A stretch of DNA of 64,000 nt, taken from Octopus vulgaris. Its lineage: Eukaryota. The position numbers and the translations under genes were made by a program. The stretch spans positions 102,920,001 through 102,984,000 of the forward strand of contig OX597815.1 in assembly GCA_951406725.2 (NCBI GenBank), read 5' to 3'. Shown piece by piece: positions 24,990 through 39,089 of the stretch (positions are counted from its first letter, which is position 1; each line of letters begins with the position of its first letter). The notes under the pieces are model-generated. The model searched no databases, had not been told where the DNA came from, and saw only the letters and a program-made list of their open reading frames with translations.

Positions 24990-25440
24990 AAAAGTTACGT
25001 AAGAAACAGTTGTAATGAGCTGACAATTATCTATCGGAGTGTTACATTTTAAACTCGAAAAAAGTTTTACTGTTCCGCTTCGAGATTGCATTTGTAATGA
25101 GCGAGTTAGCTGGTTGACTTCTTTTATCTCAAAATCCAAACTTATCCAGACTGAGAGTTAGGCATTTGCTTACAAAACCAAGTGCACCAATTATTATTGG
25201 TATAAATGTATAATCCGGACATACATACAACCTGAAGGTTTCGAAGCCGTTGTCCATATTTATCTTCTTTCGCTTTGATTTTGAAAGAAATATTCACATC
25301 ACCTGAGTAGCTGACCTCTATGGTGGTACATAAATATTCTTGTCTGTCCCAGACAACAATATCCGGCATGTTATACTTACATTTGACAAATGTTTTGATG
25401 GGAATCTTCCAGCAGTGTTCTTACACTGATATTTGCGAAT
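24990..25440 (-). mobile_element. REL-endonuclease non-LTR retrotransposon 3' fragment
   Basis: PDIVVWDRQEYLCTTIEVS..DVNISFKIKAKEDKY matches the PD...E...K..KY REL motif. Confidence 0.7.
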
Positions 25441-25709
25441 ATGCTTGAATGTTGTATGTATGTATACACGTATTTATGTGTATATGTATACGTATATGTG
25501 TGTGTGTTTGTGTGTGCGTGCGCAAGCGCGTGTGTATATCAACCCATCTACCCATTTCCTCTCCTTTTGAAGATTTTTACTGGGGTGTAACCTATAAACT
25601 TCCCCTCCATAAGATCTTCCTTTACTAACATTAAAACAGGTCAATGACAGATCTATATATCTGATCTAAAGAAAAAAGGTGTGTCAATGCAACCATGTTG
25701 AATTTTGAG

Positions 25710-26045
25710 CTCTATTGCTACTATTTAATCGACCCCGAAACGATGAAAGTGAAAATCAACTTCGAAGGAATTTGAACTCAGAACTTAAAAAAGACGGAAT
25801 ACTGATGATAACTTTGCCTGGCACCATAACGATTCGGTCGGTTCGCTGCTTTAAGGATCTGAAATACTGGTTTCTAGTTTGGGCATAAAGCCAGCGATTT
25901 CAGTGAGGGCTTAAGTTGATTACATCGACCCCTGTGTTTAACTGCTACTCCATCAATCTCGAAATGATAAAACACAGAACGTAAAGCCGGCCAAAATGCT
26001 GCTAAGTGTCTTATCCAGCATGTTAATAATTCTGAGAGTTCGCTG
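25710..26045 (-). mobile_element. Two adjacent degenerate SINE copies
   Basis: ATCGACCCC and GAATTTGAACTCAGAAC motifs shared with 35000-35212, 48621-48830 and 52533-52737. Confidence 0.65.
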
Positions 26046-26132
26046 TCGTCCTAAAGCCTACGAATATTAATGTAGTATTCTTTCATGATATCGCCAGCAG
26101 TGTAATACACACTGGCTTGCAGACGTGTGCAC

Positions 26133-26151
26133 GCACTCACTCACACACACA

Positions 26152-26236
<85 letters not shown>

Positions 26237-26262
26237 CAAACAAACAAACAAACAAACAAACA
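26133..26262. repeat. (CA)n and (CAAA)n microsatellite
   Basis: Direct. Confidence 0.95.
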
Positions 26263-28757
26263 TATTTCGAGTCATCAACAGGACATTTTTACGCTTTCTC
26301 TTACCTCCAGCCAGGAGAATATTTCAGAAATTTTCAATTTTCTCCTGCCCTTGAGACTCCATAAATTGAAGAAAAGTTTCGCAATTTGAAAGACATTTCA
26401 TAAAAAATGCTATGGCCATGAATCCAATAACACTGAAGCTAACTTAGCATTAGCATAATTCAATTACATACTGATTTGAAAAAATTCAACATCACATGTG
26501 TGACATAAAAATTAAGTGCTATGTTGAACGTGCTTCTGGTCACATACAGCTTTAATAATCGGAATTATGAATGTTACTTGTAACTATAATCAGACTATGA
26601 TGAAACTATTTCTAGTTTTTTGTTCTTGTTGAATTCATTGAAAAAGTTAGTTCGCATAAATACATATTTATAAATTGCTTTAATAAATTTTGAATTTGTA
26701 GTCTTATTGTAGTGCATTGCATTAATAATGTAATTCAAATATTTGCAGGTTTCACTTCAGGAAAATATGATTTTTAGATAAAACTCGGCGTGTTATATAT
26801 TTTTTTGTATTTTCCCATGAGAGACAGCTTGTGTTGAGCGAGTCTACAAACGGAATTTCAACTCAAAGTTGGATTTTAATTTCAGTTAGAATATATTGTT
26901 ATTCATTTACAAGATACATCCAATTTGTGGCAAAACTGGATCTATTGTGTCCCGACGTCGGGAAAATTTTACTTCAAATTCTACATTGGCTTTAAACATA
27001 TTCAATATCATCCTTATCTACATATATATCTTGTACCCTTAATTTACTATGAATTTCAAATATATTCTATTGGTTTCCTGCATGCAAAGTCTGATCTAAT
27101 TCAAGTAAATAAATACAGTTCCTGTCAAAGATAAACTTATTTATTCACTCACTTCTAAAATCGTAAAGACAGTGGATAATTTCAACACACCGAACTTTCT
27201 TTCAATTTTTTTTATTATTGGGAAAGAATTACGTTTTCTCTCCCAAAGCTGCAGCTTCATAATTACAAATTCTTCGACAATGCTTCCATGGCATTTCATG
27301 ATTTCCCCCATGAGTGATTTAATGAAATTCATGCAAAACCTCAAGTCAGCGACTGTTGACTTATTCATTTTGAAAACGTTGAGTTCATTTTCCCCGATTT
27401 CTTTAGCCTTTTTCTAAAGAATTTCAAAGGTGGGTACGTATTGTCTCCACATCGTTAGAAAATGGTACTTGATCAATATTTTTCTACTATGCGCTCCACG
27501 AAATCATTTTTATAAGGTGTATTTTATTAAGTTTTCTGTAATTGTATATGCTTCCGGCACTTCTGCTTGAGGATAATCAAAACGGTGGGAAAAAAAGCAA
27601 AATAAAAAGCAAAACAAAAATATTTTTTGTGTTTTGACATAAAGGAAAATAATATAGTAATATAGCTTTGCTTTTGATTTAGTTCTAAAAAATTATTTTA
27701 AAATAGTCTTCATATAGATTTGTTTTACGTAGATGGACGTTTGTAAAACTGGATTTCAGTTACTGTTACTAGATAGAAATCTATTGACATTCATTCAACA
27801 TACACTCCTCTTCATTCAGTCTTATCAGCAGCCGAAGCAAAGGTGAAACTGTAAGCAATTATCATTTAATCATTACTTTCCTTCACTTATTTTCGCTTTC
27901 TTCTTGTTTTCATATTTGACGCTGTTATTCATGTAGTTTCGAGCTAAGTAACATTTCTTTTATTTAGTTTGCTTTAATTTCGCTTATTAATATTTGACTT
28001 ATTGATGTTTACCAGAGTGCAGTTTATTGATCATAGAAAGACATAATTGCCCCCAAATTTTATCCTCACTAAGAATACATTAGAAAGCATTCTGAACCAT
28101 CAATATCATGTATCATGCCTGAACCCAGTGTGTGACACCACTGGTCTATTCAGTAGAAATTATGCGAAAAACGTAAGCCACGACCCTGTTTGACACAGCA
28201 GTTACACATTAGTAGCTCTGCAGTGGGCATTCATGTCAGGTATCCTTCTCTTAATATTATTGTTTTGAACTCTCTTAAAAGGATAACAGGCTTTGCCATT
28301 ACTCCTCTGACAGAAAGAAAAGTGGGATGTATACACACACATATATGTATACACACACACATATGCATGTATAAGGAAATAAATAAGATGAAAAAACACA
28401 GAAGATTTGTTTTACGAGATTAAAGAATATATATCGTCATGACAGAAGTATTATACACTAACAAAAATAAGATTTTTTCCTCTAATAAAAGAAACGGTTT
28501 CGCTGAAGCTTTTCAATTGTTGAGTGTTAGATGCAATTCGAAATGAGAAGCTTTGCTTGTTAGTGGTGGCTGGGGATAATTGATAACCAAGGTATTTTTC
28601 TGTAAAAGGGAGATAAATCTGTAATTTTTCAATATGAGTTTATATTCAGGTCTGGCTTATATTTTTCGATAAATGAGGCCTCTTTAGTTAGTCGCACTTG
28701 TTGAAATCCACATTGGAAATTGATATATTGGGAATATATATACACACATATACCCAC

Positions 28758-28821
<64 letters not shown>

Positions 28822-28946
28822 CACATACACACATATATATATATATGCACACACAAACGCACATCCCACTTTTCTTTTTCGTCCGGCAGAGTTTATTATC
28901 CCCGCGTCTCTCTCTCTCTCTTTCCGTATGTATATATGTGTATATA

Positions 28947-28990
<44 letters not shown>

Positions 28991-29852
28991 TAAACAGTAA
29001 AAATAATTACAGACATGGACAAGAACATGAAACGCCACAGAGACGACACAAGAACCACATATATATATTTGGACTCACGTGGCCCGGTTTCTGGGGCTCT
29101 CTATCATGGTAACACGTGCTGAGGAATGTGAGGCTATTATGTTAGTCCAGATACCAGTCCAAGTGAGTTCAAATACTTGAGTGTATGCTGAGAGATTGCC
29201 TTAGCCCGTTTACCTTCCGACGATTGATTTCTGTAGTTATTATCAGTGTATTTTGGCGATTAAAATAAGGTTTGACTGTTATTATTTCCAACAGGTAAAC
29301 ATACATAGTATAACCTTTGATTAATTATATATATATATATATACTATCACATTTCTTTGTCACTCATTCTCCCTCACTCTTCTTCTCTTGCTCACATGGC
29401 ACCCATGTGACCATCGGCCATCTCTCTTCTAACTTGTGTTTCTTTCATTCTCTCCGTTGTAGCTGAATCAAGGAAGACATGTTCTTGTTTGTCTCCTGTC
29501 GAAGCTTGATTTACGCGTTCGCCACCACAACCTCGTTTAGGCTTAACAGGCCTTCCTGTTTGTTTTCACTGTCCTGTTTTTGTTACCAAATTTTGACCCT
29601 CCGCAAAATCCCTAATTTTATTTATTTTGCTTTGTGGGAGCTACTGCTTTACCGAAAGCGTATATTGTTGTTAAATGCTCGGAATACGAGAGTAGAAAAA
29701 CAGCCAACAACTGATGAAGGGTCGTTCTTTGTGTTGTTTGTCTTGTTTTCGTTTTCCATTTGTGTCTTTCATAGTTCGAAAACATAGTTCATATTCCATG
29801 TACACGTACGTCGTATTTTTTGTTGTACACGTTTCGTGACGTTCTGTGCATA

Positions 29853-29907
<55 letters not shown>

Positions 29908-30775
29908 TTGTTTCATCGATTATTTAACAATTTATAACAGTATACCTACAAATATATCTGTGTTTGGAGAATTTTCCAATGGAATTTTACTATCTTAATC
30001 TTTATACCGCCAGGCAGAACATAAGAGAAACTGGAGACTACGCGTGAGAAATATTCATTCGGACACTAACAGGTGGTACAGAAAGCGATTGTATTTCCAC
30101 ATTGAGCTAATTTTGTGTTTATTAGTTTGGTTGTAACTCATTCCTTCGAAGTTTCGGCGATAATGTCTTCGAAAAGAAATATTGAGTCTATTCTTTCAAG
30201 TCAGTATCGCCGAAACGACGGCGTAGACAAGCACTATTATTAAGAAAGAATATTAAGAATGTTATATGCATATAAAAACATACATATAAACGCACGCATA
30301 CAGACATACACTCGCACACATGCACACACACTCACACACACGAACATTTCTACATATATCACTTGTAAGTATAACAGAATAAGAAGGTGGAATAAATTCT
30401 TGTTGTTCCTATTGCACAAAAGTGGCTAAGAATAGACTACAATTTCTTAGAATCGCATGGAACATAGTGGGGTCATAGGGTTGTAAGAGTTGTAATTCAT
30501 TTCTAAGTTATCTTTTTATCATCTATTAAATCTGAAGACTGTGTCTATTTTGAATAAAGAACAAGAGTGAGTTGACAGCTCATGACCAGGCATGGTCATA
30601 AATATTATCATAGGTATCCCTTTTCCCTATGAGAAAGGAAATAAGAAATTAAGAAGAGTCAATTTGATAGAACTGTCTAAAAAAAGCAGGGTAGGGGTAG
30701 ACTTTAAATCATGATGTTGTATATAAATAAGGATAAGATCGTTATTTAAAATACCAATCATATCAAGTGGACAGC

Positions 30776-30809
<34 letters not shown>

Positions 30810-31073
30810 TATAATTAAGATCCAGTTGATTTAGGTGTTTAATTGAGGCATCAAGCCAGTTTCGTATAGTTATGTTATAAATATATGTGGTCATCTTTCC
30901 CGAGGAGAGCGGTTTATTTCAAATTGATGTAATATTTTCATTGATCGATTAAATGGAACCACTTGAAACGGCCGTAATGCATTGATACCTGGACATCCTT
31001 GTTACTTATTTGCATGTATACTTATTTGCACTTGTTATATACTTGTTACTTATTTGCATATATATATAGAGAC

Positions 31074-31074
<1 letters not shown>

Positions 31075-31158
<84 letters not shown>
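31075..31158. repeat. (GATA)n microsatellite
   Basis: Direct. Confidence 0.95.
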
Positions 31159-31159
<1 letters not shown>

Positions 31160-32221
31160 GGACCTGGGCGGTATGAATGTGTGTGCGTGAGTGTGTGTAT
31201 GTATGTGTTTGTGAGTGTGTGTATGTGTGTGTGTGCATATGCTTACATATATCTCTATTCTAAGATTTTTGATACAGATATTGTTATTGCAATAGTATAA
31301 GAAATATAAAGATTTTTGAAATCTGAGTAGAGTTTAAATTAACCACAAATGCTTAGATTTGTTTCTTAATAATTACCATATTTACGTTTCGATTATTTGA
31401 ATCGATATTCGATTCACATCCAACATTTTCATAGCAAATATTGTAACACGCAATTGGTTTAAACTACCATATCATATTGATGTCTGAATCTAATCTATCA
31501 GCGGGTTTTATATGGATTGTAATCTATCAATATAGCTATAACACCCATAATCTAATTCTTGTGACTCTATTTCTGATATCAAGTCATAGTATTGTAGAAA
31601 CGTGTAGGGGAGCTAATTTATCTCCTATACTCGGATAATGCCTCCTCAGCTCTTGACAAATAAAAATCAACAAGCTAATTCTTTGTCTACGATAAATCTG
31701 AAACGATAATATAGTGTTGATTTAACCGTTCGATACAAATGTCGTTTTAATATTGATTTAAATAAATTCCAAGAAATGATGTTCATGTGATGTTCATGTA
31801 TTAGTCATTTTAAATATCATCTCGTTGCTTTTAATTGAGCAATTTGGTTGAAAAATATTTCGGAAAATCTGATGTGGTTTACTTATGTTTTATAACTTAG
31901 AATGCATTCTCATAAAGGCACAATTCCATGTTAAGTACTTCGACGTAATTTTTCCTTGTGAGATGGTGTTTTGTTAGTAACTCTTTACAGGATATTTCTC
32001 CCATCTCGACAATTGATGTAAGAACACCCACATTTCCTTTTATAATGCATGAGATTTTAACCTCTTTCTATTATCCGTTTCTTTACAGCTATGTCGATGT
32101 CCCCAAATATTCATATGCTAATGAACATATTTACTAAGCAATGCTCGTAGAATGCTTTGTTAAAACTACTTATGGTGTACCATGTTAACTTCGTATTTGC
32201 ATTATATACATATGATTTTGA

Positions 32222-32265
32222 TTTTGTCTAGACGAGTTCGAAAACGAACGAAAGCGCTAATAAAG
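32222..32265 (+). ncRNA. Minimal type I hammerhead-like motif with a 1-nt core insertion
   Basis: UUUUGU CU(A)GACGA GUUCG-AAAA-CGAAC GAAA GCGC UA^ AUAAAG; all three stems can pair. Confidence 0.6.
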
Positions 32266-33949
32266 GGCTATCCAAAATTCTGACTGCCTCCTTTTACTTA
32301 CTATACAATATCTGTACTCCACTTCAAACACTCTATACATACATAACATACATATAGACATACATGTAAATCTATACATACACACAGAGTACACACACAC
32401 ACACACACACACACACATATTTACATGAAAACCGGATTAGAACTTTCACATTTTATCACGAAAATTATATAATAAAATCCATTTCCAAGTAAGACATTTT
32501 TGTTGAATTTTTGCAGGACGCTTAAGAATTAATTCAATGGGTAAAGTTGTATAAATAACTGCACCCAGTAAAATGACACTGCTCACATACTATCGCATTT
32601 TCTGTGTCCTTTTAACGTTTTGAAGTGCAACTTAATCACTTGATTCGCGCATGCGATTTTCTATTTCGGTGTTAAATACAGAAAATGGTTAATGATTATT
32701 CTATGCGATGGAAGTGAGAAGATACGTGTGTTGAAATTGATATGCTCGGATGCCATTGCGTGTAAGTATGTATGTATGTATGTATGTATGTATGTATGTA
32801 TGTATGTATGTATGTATGTATGTATGTATGTATGCAAGCAAGTATATATGTATCTATCTATACTTATATATGCATATCCGTGTGTGTATGTAATTGTGTA
32901 TTTCATGTTTCCACAATGCACTCAGTTTTCTCTCCTGATACATTCTACCTGACCGCCTTCCCACAATACTTTAATTTTTCTATTATAATTGTCGCTATAA
33001 TTATGTTTGTTTCATGTAGTGTACGTATCTTTGTTCATGTCTTCCTTCCTCCCACACATTATGCTTTTATCTTTCATTTTAACTGTAACAATCTTTATGG
33101 TTGATTGATGGATATGCTTTTGTACATTCCTGCCCCATGTTTTACTCCTACTTCGTTCACCTTGGCATCCTTGGATTACATCTGCTACCTACACTCGAAT
33201 GCACGAATATTAACATTAATATTCGTATTAAGATTAATATTGCACTGTTATTCAGATACTTGCATTTTGATTGCGTCTTCGATTTTGTGTTTAGATAAAA
33301 GGAAGTTGCATTCATTATGGGTTTCTATAATTATAGCACATACACTGATATACTCACACACACAAGCACACACATATACACGCACACACATATACACGCA
33401 CACACATATACACGCACACACATATACACGCACACACATAATAACGCACACACGCACACATAAACACGCACGCACACACACAACCAAAAGAGCTATTTAA
33501 AATAACTCCAGTGGAATTAGGTATGGATAAATACGTAAGAGAATCATATGACATATACAATATAGAAGTTATTGAGTAGTTTTATCCGGATAAGAAGCGT
33601 TTAGCTGCAACTTTACAGTAAGTGTCAGCGGCTTTCCAAAATTTGGAGAGTTAATTCTAATAAACTAAGAATACATTTTGAAGTAAATTTACCTATCAGG
33701 AAAAGAGCATTTTGATATTTGCTGTTTACAACAAAAATCTTGAGTTTCCTTGTCAGCAGGTTCCTATCACCTATGCCGACCAGTTCTTTGTACTTTTACT
33801 TATAGAAAGAAAAAAAGATTTATACATGTTCGGTTAAATTAAACGATTAATTATTTATTAATTTCATTAAATTATTTCTTCACCTACTTAGAAGCATTAA
33901 TATTGCAGTTAGATCTAAAAAAAATTTTATTTTGCCAACGCAAAATATT

Positions 33950-34560
33950 GTTATATTTCGGGTCCGAGTGTTGCAATGCAATAGTAAAGTAAATACAATT
34001 ATGACGCTATCACATTTATTCGATATGGCCACCTCTGTTTCGAATTACAGCTTCAAGTCAAAGTGTGAATGCTTCATACGCAGCACGCAGCTGTTCTTGC
34101 GGATCGCAGCTTGTCTTCAGAGCGTCGAGCGAAGCATGAGAAGTGCTGGAAACCTTCGTTTCCAAAATGGACCAAACAGCAAAATCGGAGGTCCATACAT
34201 CATTACTTATAAACGAAAGAATGTGCTTCTGAATCCTGTGGGATGGTGCCGAGTCTTGCTAGCGGCTCCAAGGTGCGCCTTGAAAATATTCGTTCGCCCA
34301 TGGATGTAGTTTAGCTTCAAGGATGTCGCTAGTGTATCGATGGGTGTTAATTTTAACACCCGAGATCACAAAAACGAAGGGATGCATTTCAGGGGACTGT
34401 CACAGCCGCCCAAACTACATCTGATTGGATTTTGACGTCAATTTACAAGTCTACTCTCAACAGTCATGGACTTATAAATTGCCGCGAACAGATGACTGCG
34501 GATAATCTTATAGGCGTGGGTTCTGAGATCCTGCTGCAGCACTCGACACATCGATGATCG
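33950..34560 (-). mobile_element. Tc1/mariner (maT/DD37D-like) transposase C-terminal relic
   Basis: Minus strand reads GVKINT, SDILEAKLHPWANEYFQGAPW, QDSAPSH, WSILETKV and LEAVIRNRGGHIE. Confidence 0.75.
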
Positions 34561-34999
34561 GCTTTTTTTTCGCTGTGGCAGCCAGTTTACAGGTGGAACA
34601 ACAAGGATTTTGCTTTATCTTTTCTCTGGTACTTTTCATGAGCTGAGGGGTCTGCATACTTTGTCGGCTGTGTCCAGTTTGATTAGCAGCGAAATTAGTT
34701 TCTTGAAATTTTTTGACAATTTTCCTGACTGCTGCTCAGTTAATTCTAAGCTTTTTTGCTATAGCTGTATTACTTTCACCTCCTTTGTGGAGGGTTATGG
34801 TTGTATTTCGGTCTATAACCGTTAACTAATTTATAAATCTGAATTTATCTAAAACAAAAAAGAAGACACACTAAGCTTATAATGATGTATAATTTTCATA
34901 TCTTATAGTTATTAAACCCCTAAACTTCTGTTGCCTTAACTTAGGGACACCCTGCATTATTTTTTATTTGAAACACAGAAAGGTGTTTATAAAATATTG

Positions 35000-35670
35000 T
35001 TTTCAAATTTTGACACAAAGTCAGCAATTTCGAGGAAAGAAGTGAGTCGATTACATCGACCCCAGTGTTCAAGTGGCACTTATTTTATCGACCACGGAAG
35101 GATGAAAGGCAAGATCGATCTCGATGAAATTTTAACTCAGAACGTAAAGTAGGACGAAATGTTGATAAGCATTATGCCCGGCGTGCTAACGATTCTACCA
35201 GCTCTCCGCCTTATTTTGCAAAATATAAAAAAATTATATTTTGCATCATTCAGCCCTCCACACTTTATTATAAAAATTTAAGCTATTGTTACCTCCCGGC
35301 TCTTCGTTTTACCTACTTAATGTTTTAAGTATGCAAATTTCATCAGTGTATCATGTGCTAAACTTAATAGCAAGTGGCAGAATCGTTACCACGCTGTGCA
35401 AAATGCTTAGTGGCATTTTGTCCACGTTTACATTCTGAGTTCAAACTCAGCCGAGCTCGACTTTGTCTTTCATCATTTTGGAGTCGACCACATAATGACA
35501 AGTTGATCACTTGGGTCAAAGTAATTGATTTACCCCTTTCCTCCAAATTGCTAGCCTTGTGCTAACATTCGAAACTGACATTTTCAGGTGTGGGAGAACT
35601 TAGAATGTAAAGATAGACGAAATGCCTCTAAGCATTTTGCCCGGCGTGCTAATGGTTCTGCCAGCTCGTC
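35000..35670. mobile_element. Cluster of tRNA-derived SINE copies (35000-35212 minus, 35366-35578 plus, 35600-35670 minus)
   Basis: TGGCAGAATCGTTA A-box, GAGTTCAAA B-box and GTCGAC(T/C)TTG core. Confidence 0.75.
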
Positions 35671-37099
35671 ATTAAGTCCAACAATATTCGATACCGACAT
35701 TTTCAGGTGTGGTAGAAACTAAAGTGACAAAATGCGTAAAAGAATGAATAAAGTTCAAGTTTTTAAATTCTGAAGCACATAAACATCCTCAACAATAACT
35801 AATTCTTTGAAGCTATCTTCCATTCTCCTTAATAGTACCTAACGATCTCCGTTAGTTTTGATATTTATGCATCTTACTCAGATAGAAACATGAATAAATG
35901 AAGAACTTTATTTTTCAAATGTTAGTATTGCTTTTAGTATTTGCTTTCTTGGTAATATATTATGAACTTTAACCATTTAAGTATTTGTATAATTTAATCT
36001 TTTATTTATTTATGAAAAACTGTATTACTTTTCATACCTTTGGCTTCAAAAATGAATTATCGTTTCAAGATGATCGGTTGGCGAAATCTGTGTCGGCTTT
36101 CTACCTTTCTTCTTTCTATAAATTCCTACTTGTTATTTAAATCTCATGATGGTCATGCCAGTGACCTGCGCACATTAAATGAAGGGCTCAGACTAGATCA
36201 TGTAAGACTGTGACACCAACAGAGCTTCTTTCGTCTAAACACTGTTGTGCAGTGAATATAGAGAATGCTAAGACTTTGTATCGTGGGAGTAAACTTGTGC
36301 CTTTTTCTCTAGTCTAAAAAAACTCATTGGCAAACGATTTCAATGTATCAAAATTTTGAAATTGTCTTTGATGACGACTTACATTGTAGTACTGTTTTCG
36401 CTCTTGTATATATTTCTACATCATTTTTATGATTGTTAAATCTACAGTTTCTTTCAAAAAGCACAGCAGCATTTAATTATAGTCTTTTACATTGTGATTT
36501 CAAACTCCACCTAGTTCAATTTTGTCTTCAATCATTCTTTGGTCGGCAAACAAAGTATTAGTTAAGTACTGAAGTCACGTCTATTGACTCTACATTTACC
36601 TGAAATTTGTATTGTTCGCTAACGTTGGACACCATTCACTTTGTAGAAGAGTTGTGTTTTAGATATTTGAAAAAAATATAGTCCCGCAGAGGAGTAAAAG
36701 GAAACATACTCGAGCCGTTTCTTTTTCAGAACTATTGTGATTAGTAGGAAGAGAGCGGGGTTTCAATCTAGTTTCCGTCTGCCAAATTTCATTAAAAATT
36801 GCTGATTCTATAGTAATTGACAATTGCTTAAATAGCTGTGCAGTGTGACAACGTAAATTACGTAGTTTGAAAGCCAAATAACTAATCATATGGCCATGAT
36901 TCAAAGAGCACTTGGAATCTAATTGAAGAAATATAAGAAGCAAAGTGAGAGATTTTTAAAATCAATGTCTTATTGTCTATAACGGCAGTGTTTTAAATTT
37001 GGTGAAATAAATCAAAGCATAGAAATCCTAAACTTCGTAAAACATCACAAGCTACTTTCGTTCATTTTCTGCCGATTTAAGAGAGCTCGGGTTTACTGA

Positions 37100-38100
37100 G
37101 CTTGAAGGCAATTAGGATCAAATCCTATGTTGCATAATGCTATGTGCAGCAAAAATGAAACATAATTCTATAAAGAATAAGGGCAAACTAGAAAAACAAT
37201 TTTACATCGCCATTGCAAAAAATGGTTAATGTATGGAGGTTTTTTTCCTAAGTCCTTTCAAATACAATCATATTTCTTCGAACTATTAACGTCACCTTTA
37301 GTGATGGCAGCTGTTTTAATATCAACATTTCATTTCCATCGCCTTGGCCCTCAATCTTCATCAGATGTTACTGATCTATACATAATACTTGGTAGGAAAC
37401 TTTACTATAACCTAACGGTAGTCAACATTTTCCAAGCAAGCCACTGAAAATTGCAGAATTGTAGTAATGAGTTTTTGATTACTGAAATAATTTGATTACA
37501 AAAAGCATCGTCTTTAAACTAATTGTCTGTTTTGGGTTTGAGCAAACTTTATACATAATGCTTCATTGATGTCTCCAGGTTTAAGCTAATATCCAATAAA
37601 TTTACTGACCTCAAAACTCCATTTGTAAAAATTGAATAACGAACACATCATCTAGTCCCCACATTCAATATTAGTTTCTTAGTAAAAATCAAGATGATTT
37701 TCGCAATGTATCAAAATTACCTCAAAAGATTGTATGAGAAAATCTAGGTAACATCCACAACATTGTGTAAGGACTGTATTTTAATGGAATACTCTGTTTC
37801 ATATATTACTTAGGAAACTTAAACCTACTCAGCAAAAGTTGCTCACATATGAATTGCATGTACAGCCTCCCTTACATTCTTGGAATGCTTCATATAATAG
37901 AAACTTGGTTGTTTCAGCAAACAAACAGAATTGAATATTGGAAAACATTATTAACGTTTATTAATGTTCATTACGAGGAACATTTAACAAGATTTGGCTG
38001 CAATTATACAGTGCACGGGAAGAAATTATAATTTACTACTGAATGAAATACCCATACTTAAAAGATGACTAGACCAGAAGACTTAGTAAAATAAAAAATC
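37100..38100 (+). mobile_element. Very old Penelope-like relic (tentative)
   Basis: Scattered motifs (DVS.L.ANI.., LPYILG, ET...) in the expected order, heavily disrupted. Confidence 0.3.
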
Positions 38101-38685
38101 AGAACATATAGAACTTACTGAAAAACCGAGTAATGCATTCACATTGGAATGATATGGCTATGTTTACCAAAATGTATTTTAAAACATTAAATGCGAATAA
38201 TTATGATAGGTCAGTGACTTAATAGAGAGGAGCACTATATTTTTAGAAAAATTCCTTTTCGGAATACATTTCTATTTACGTTTCCATAAAGAAGACATTT
38301 AATGACGATTGAAAACCAAGCCGATCAATATGAACAGAAGATACGAGAAAGCAAAATGAGGTTAATAGTCAGTAAATGTCTAATCGTATTAACAACTTTT
38401 TACATGTGGTTTACTATTAAGTTCGAAGCAATTAGGACGACAAATCGACTCAATTTCCCTTACGTCTCTCACTTCAATTGAAAAAAATAAATAAATAAAC
38501 TGGCGTGTCATTACAAGATGTTTGTAGGCAAACTGCAAATGAGACAACTGTGAAAGGTTGATAAGTAACAGATGTGTAGCAAATTTAGATTGAAATCCAT
38601 TGTCTGCTGGCATGTAAAATAATTTCAAATATTATGATCAGTGTGTTTTAAGTAAAAATATTTATTTTCTTTAAGTTAGGTACTC

Positions 38686-38748
<63 letters not shown>

Positions 38749-39089
38749 TCTAATTTCACTCATTTCCCGTATATCAGTGACATGTATACATAAGGGCAGG
38801 GTGAAAGTTTTAGATTGTGTTAAGAAAAATAAGGTGTAAAGCGAAAATTAGGTTGAGGTTTGTTGCTGTTGTTGTTGCTGCTATTGTTCAATTCGAATCA
38901 ACTTTGATTGAAAAGACGGAGGCATCGTCAGTGACAGCATGTGTCGTTCGACTAGCCCTAATTGACAATGCCTACAGAACTAGCGAAACTAGAAGTCGGT
39001 CACTGGGCGGTTACCTCCCCTGTTCCGCATGTGTGTATACAATTGCACGCGTCCTTCATCATTAAGAGTATTTTAACTCTTATTTCTAG

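Noticed and set aside
27141-27500. Coding-like minus-strand segment, possible host exon
   Set aside because: No recognisable family, in-frame stops nearby, and splice sites not supportable.
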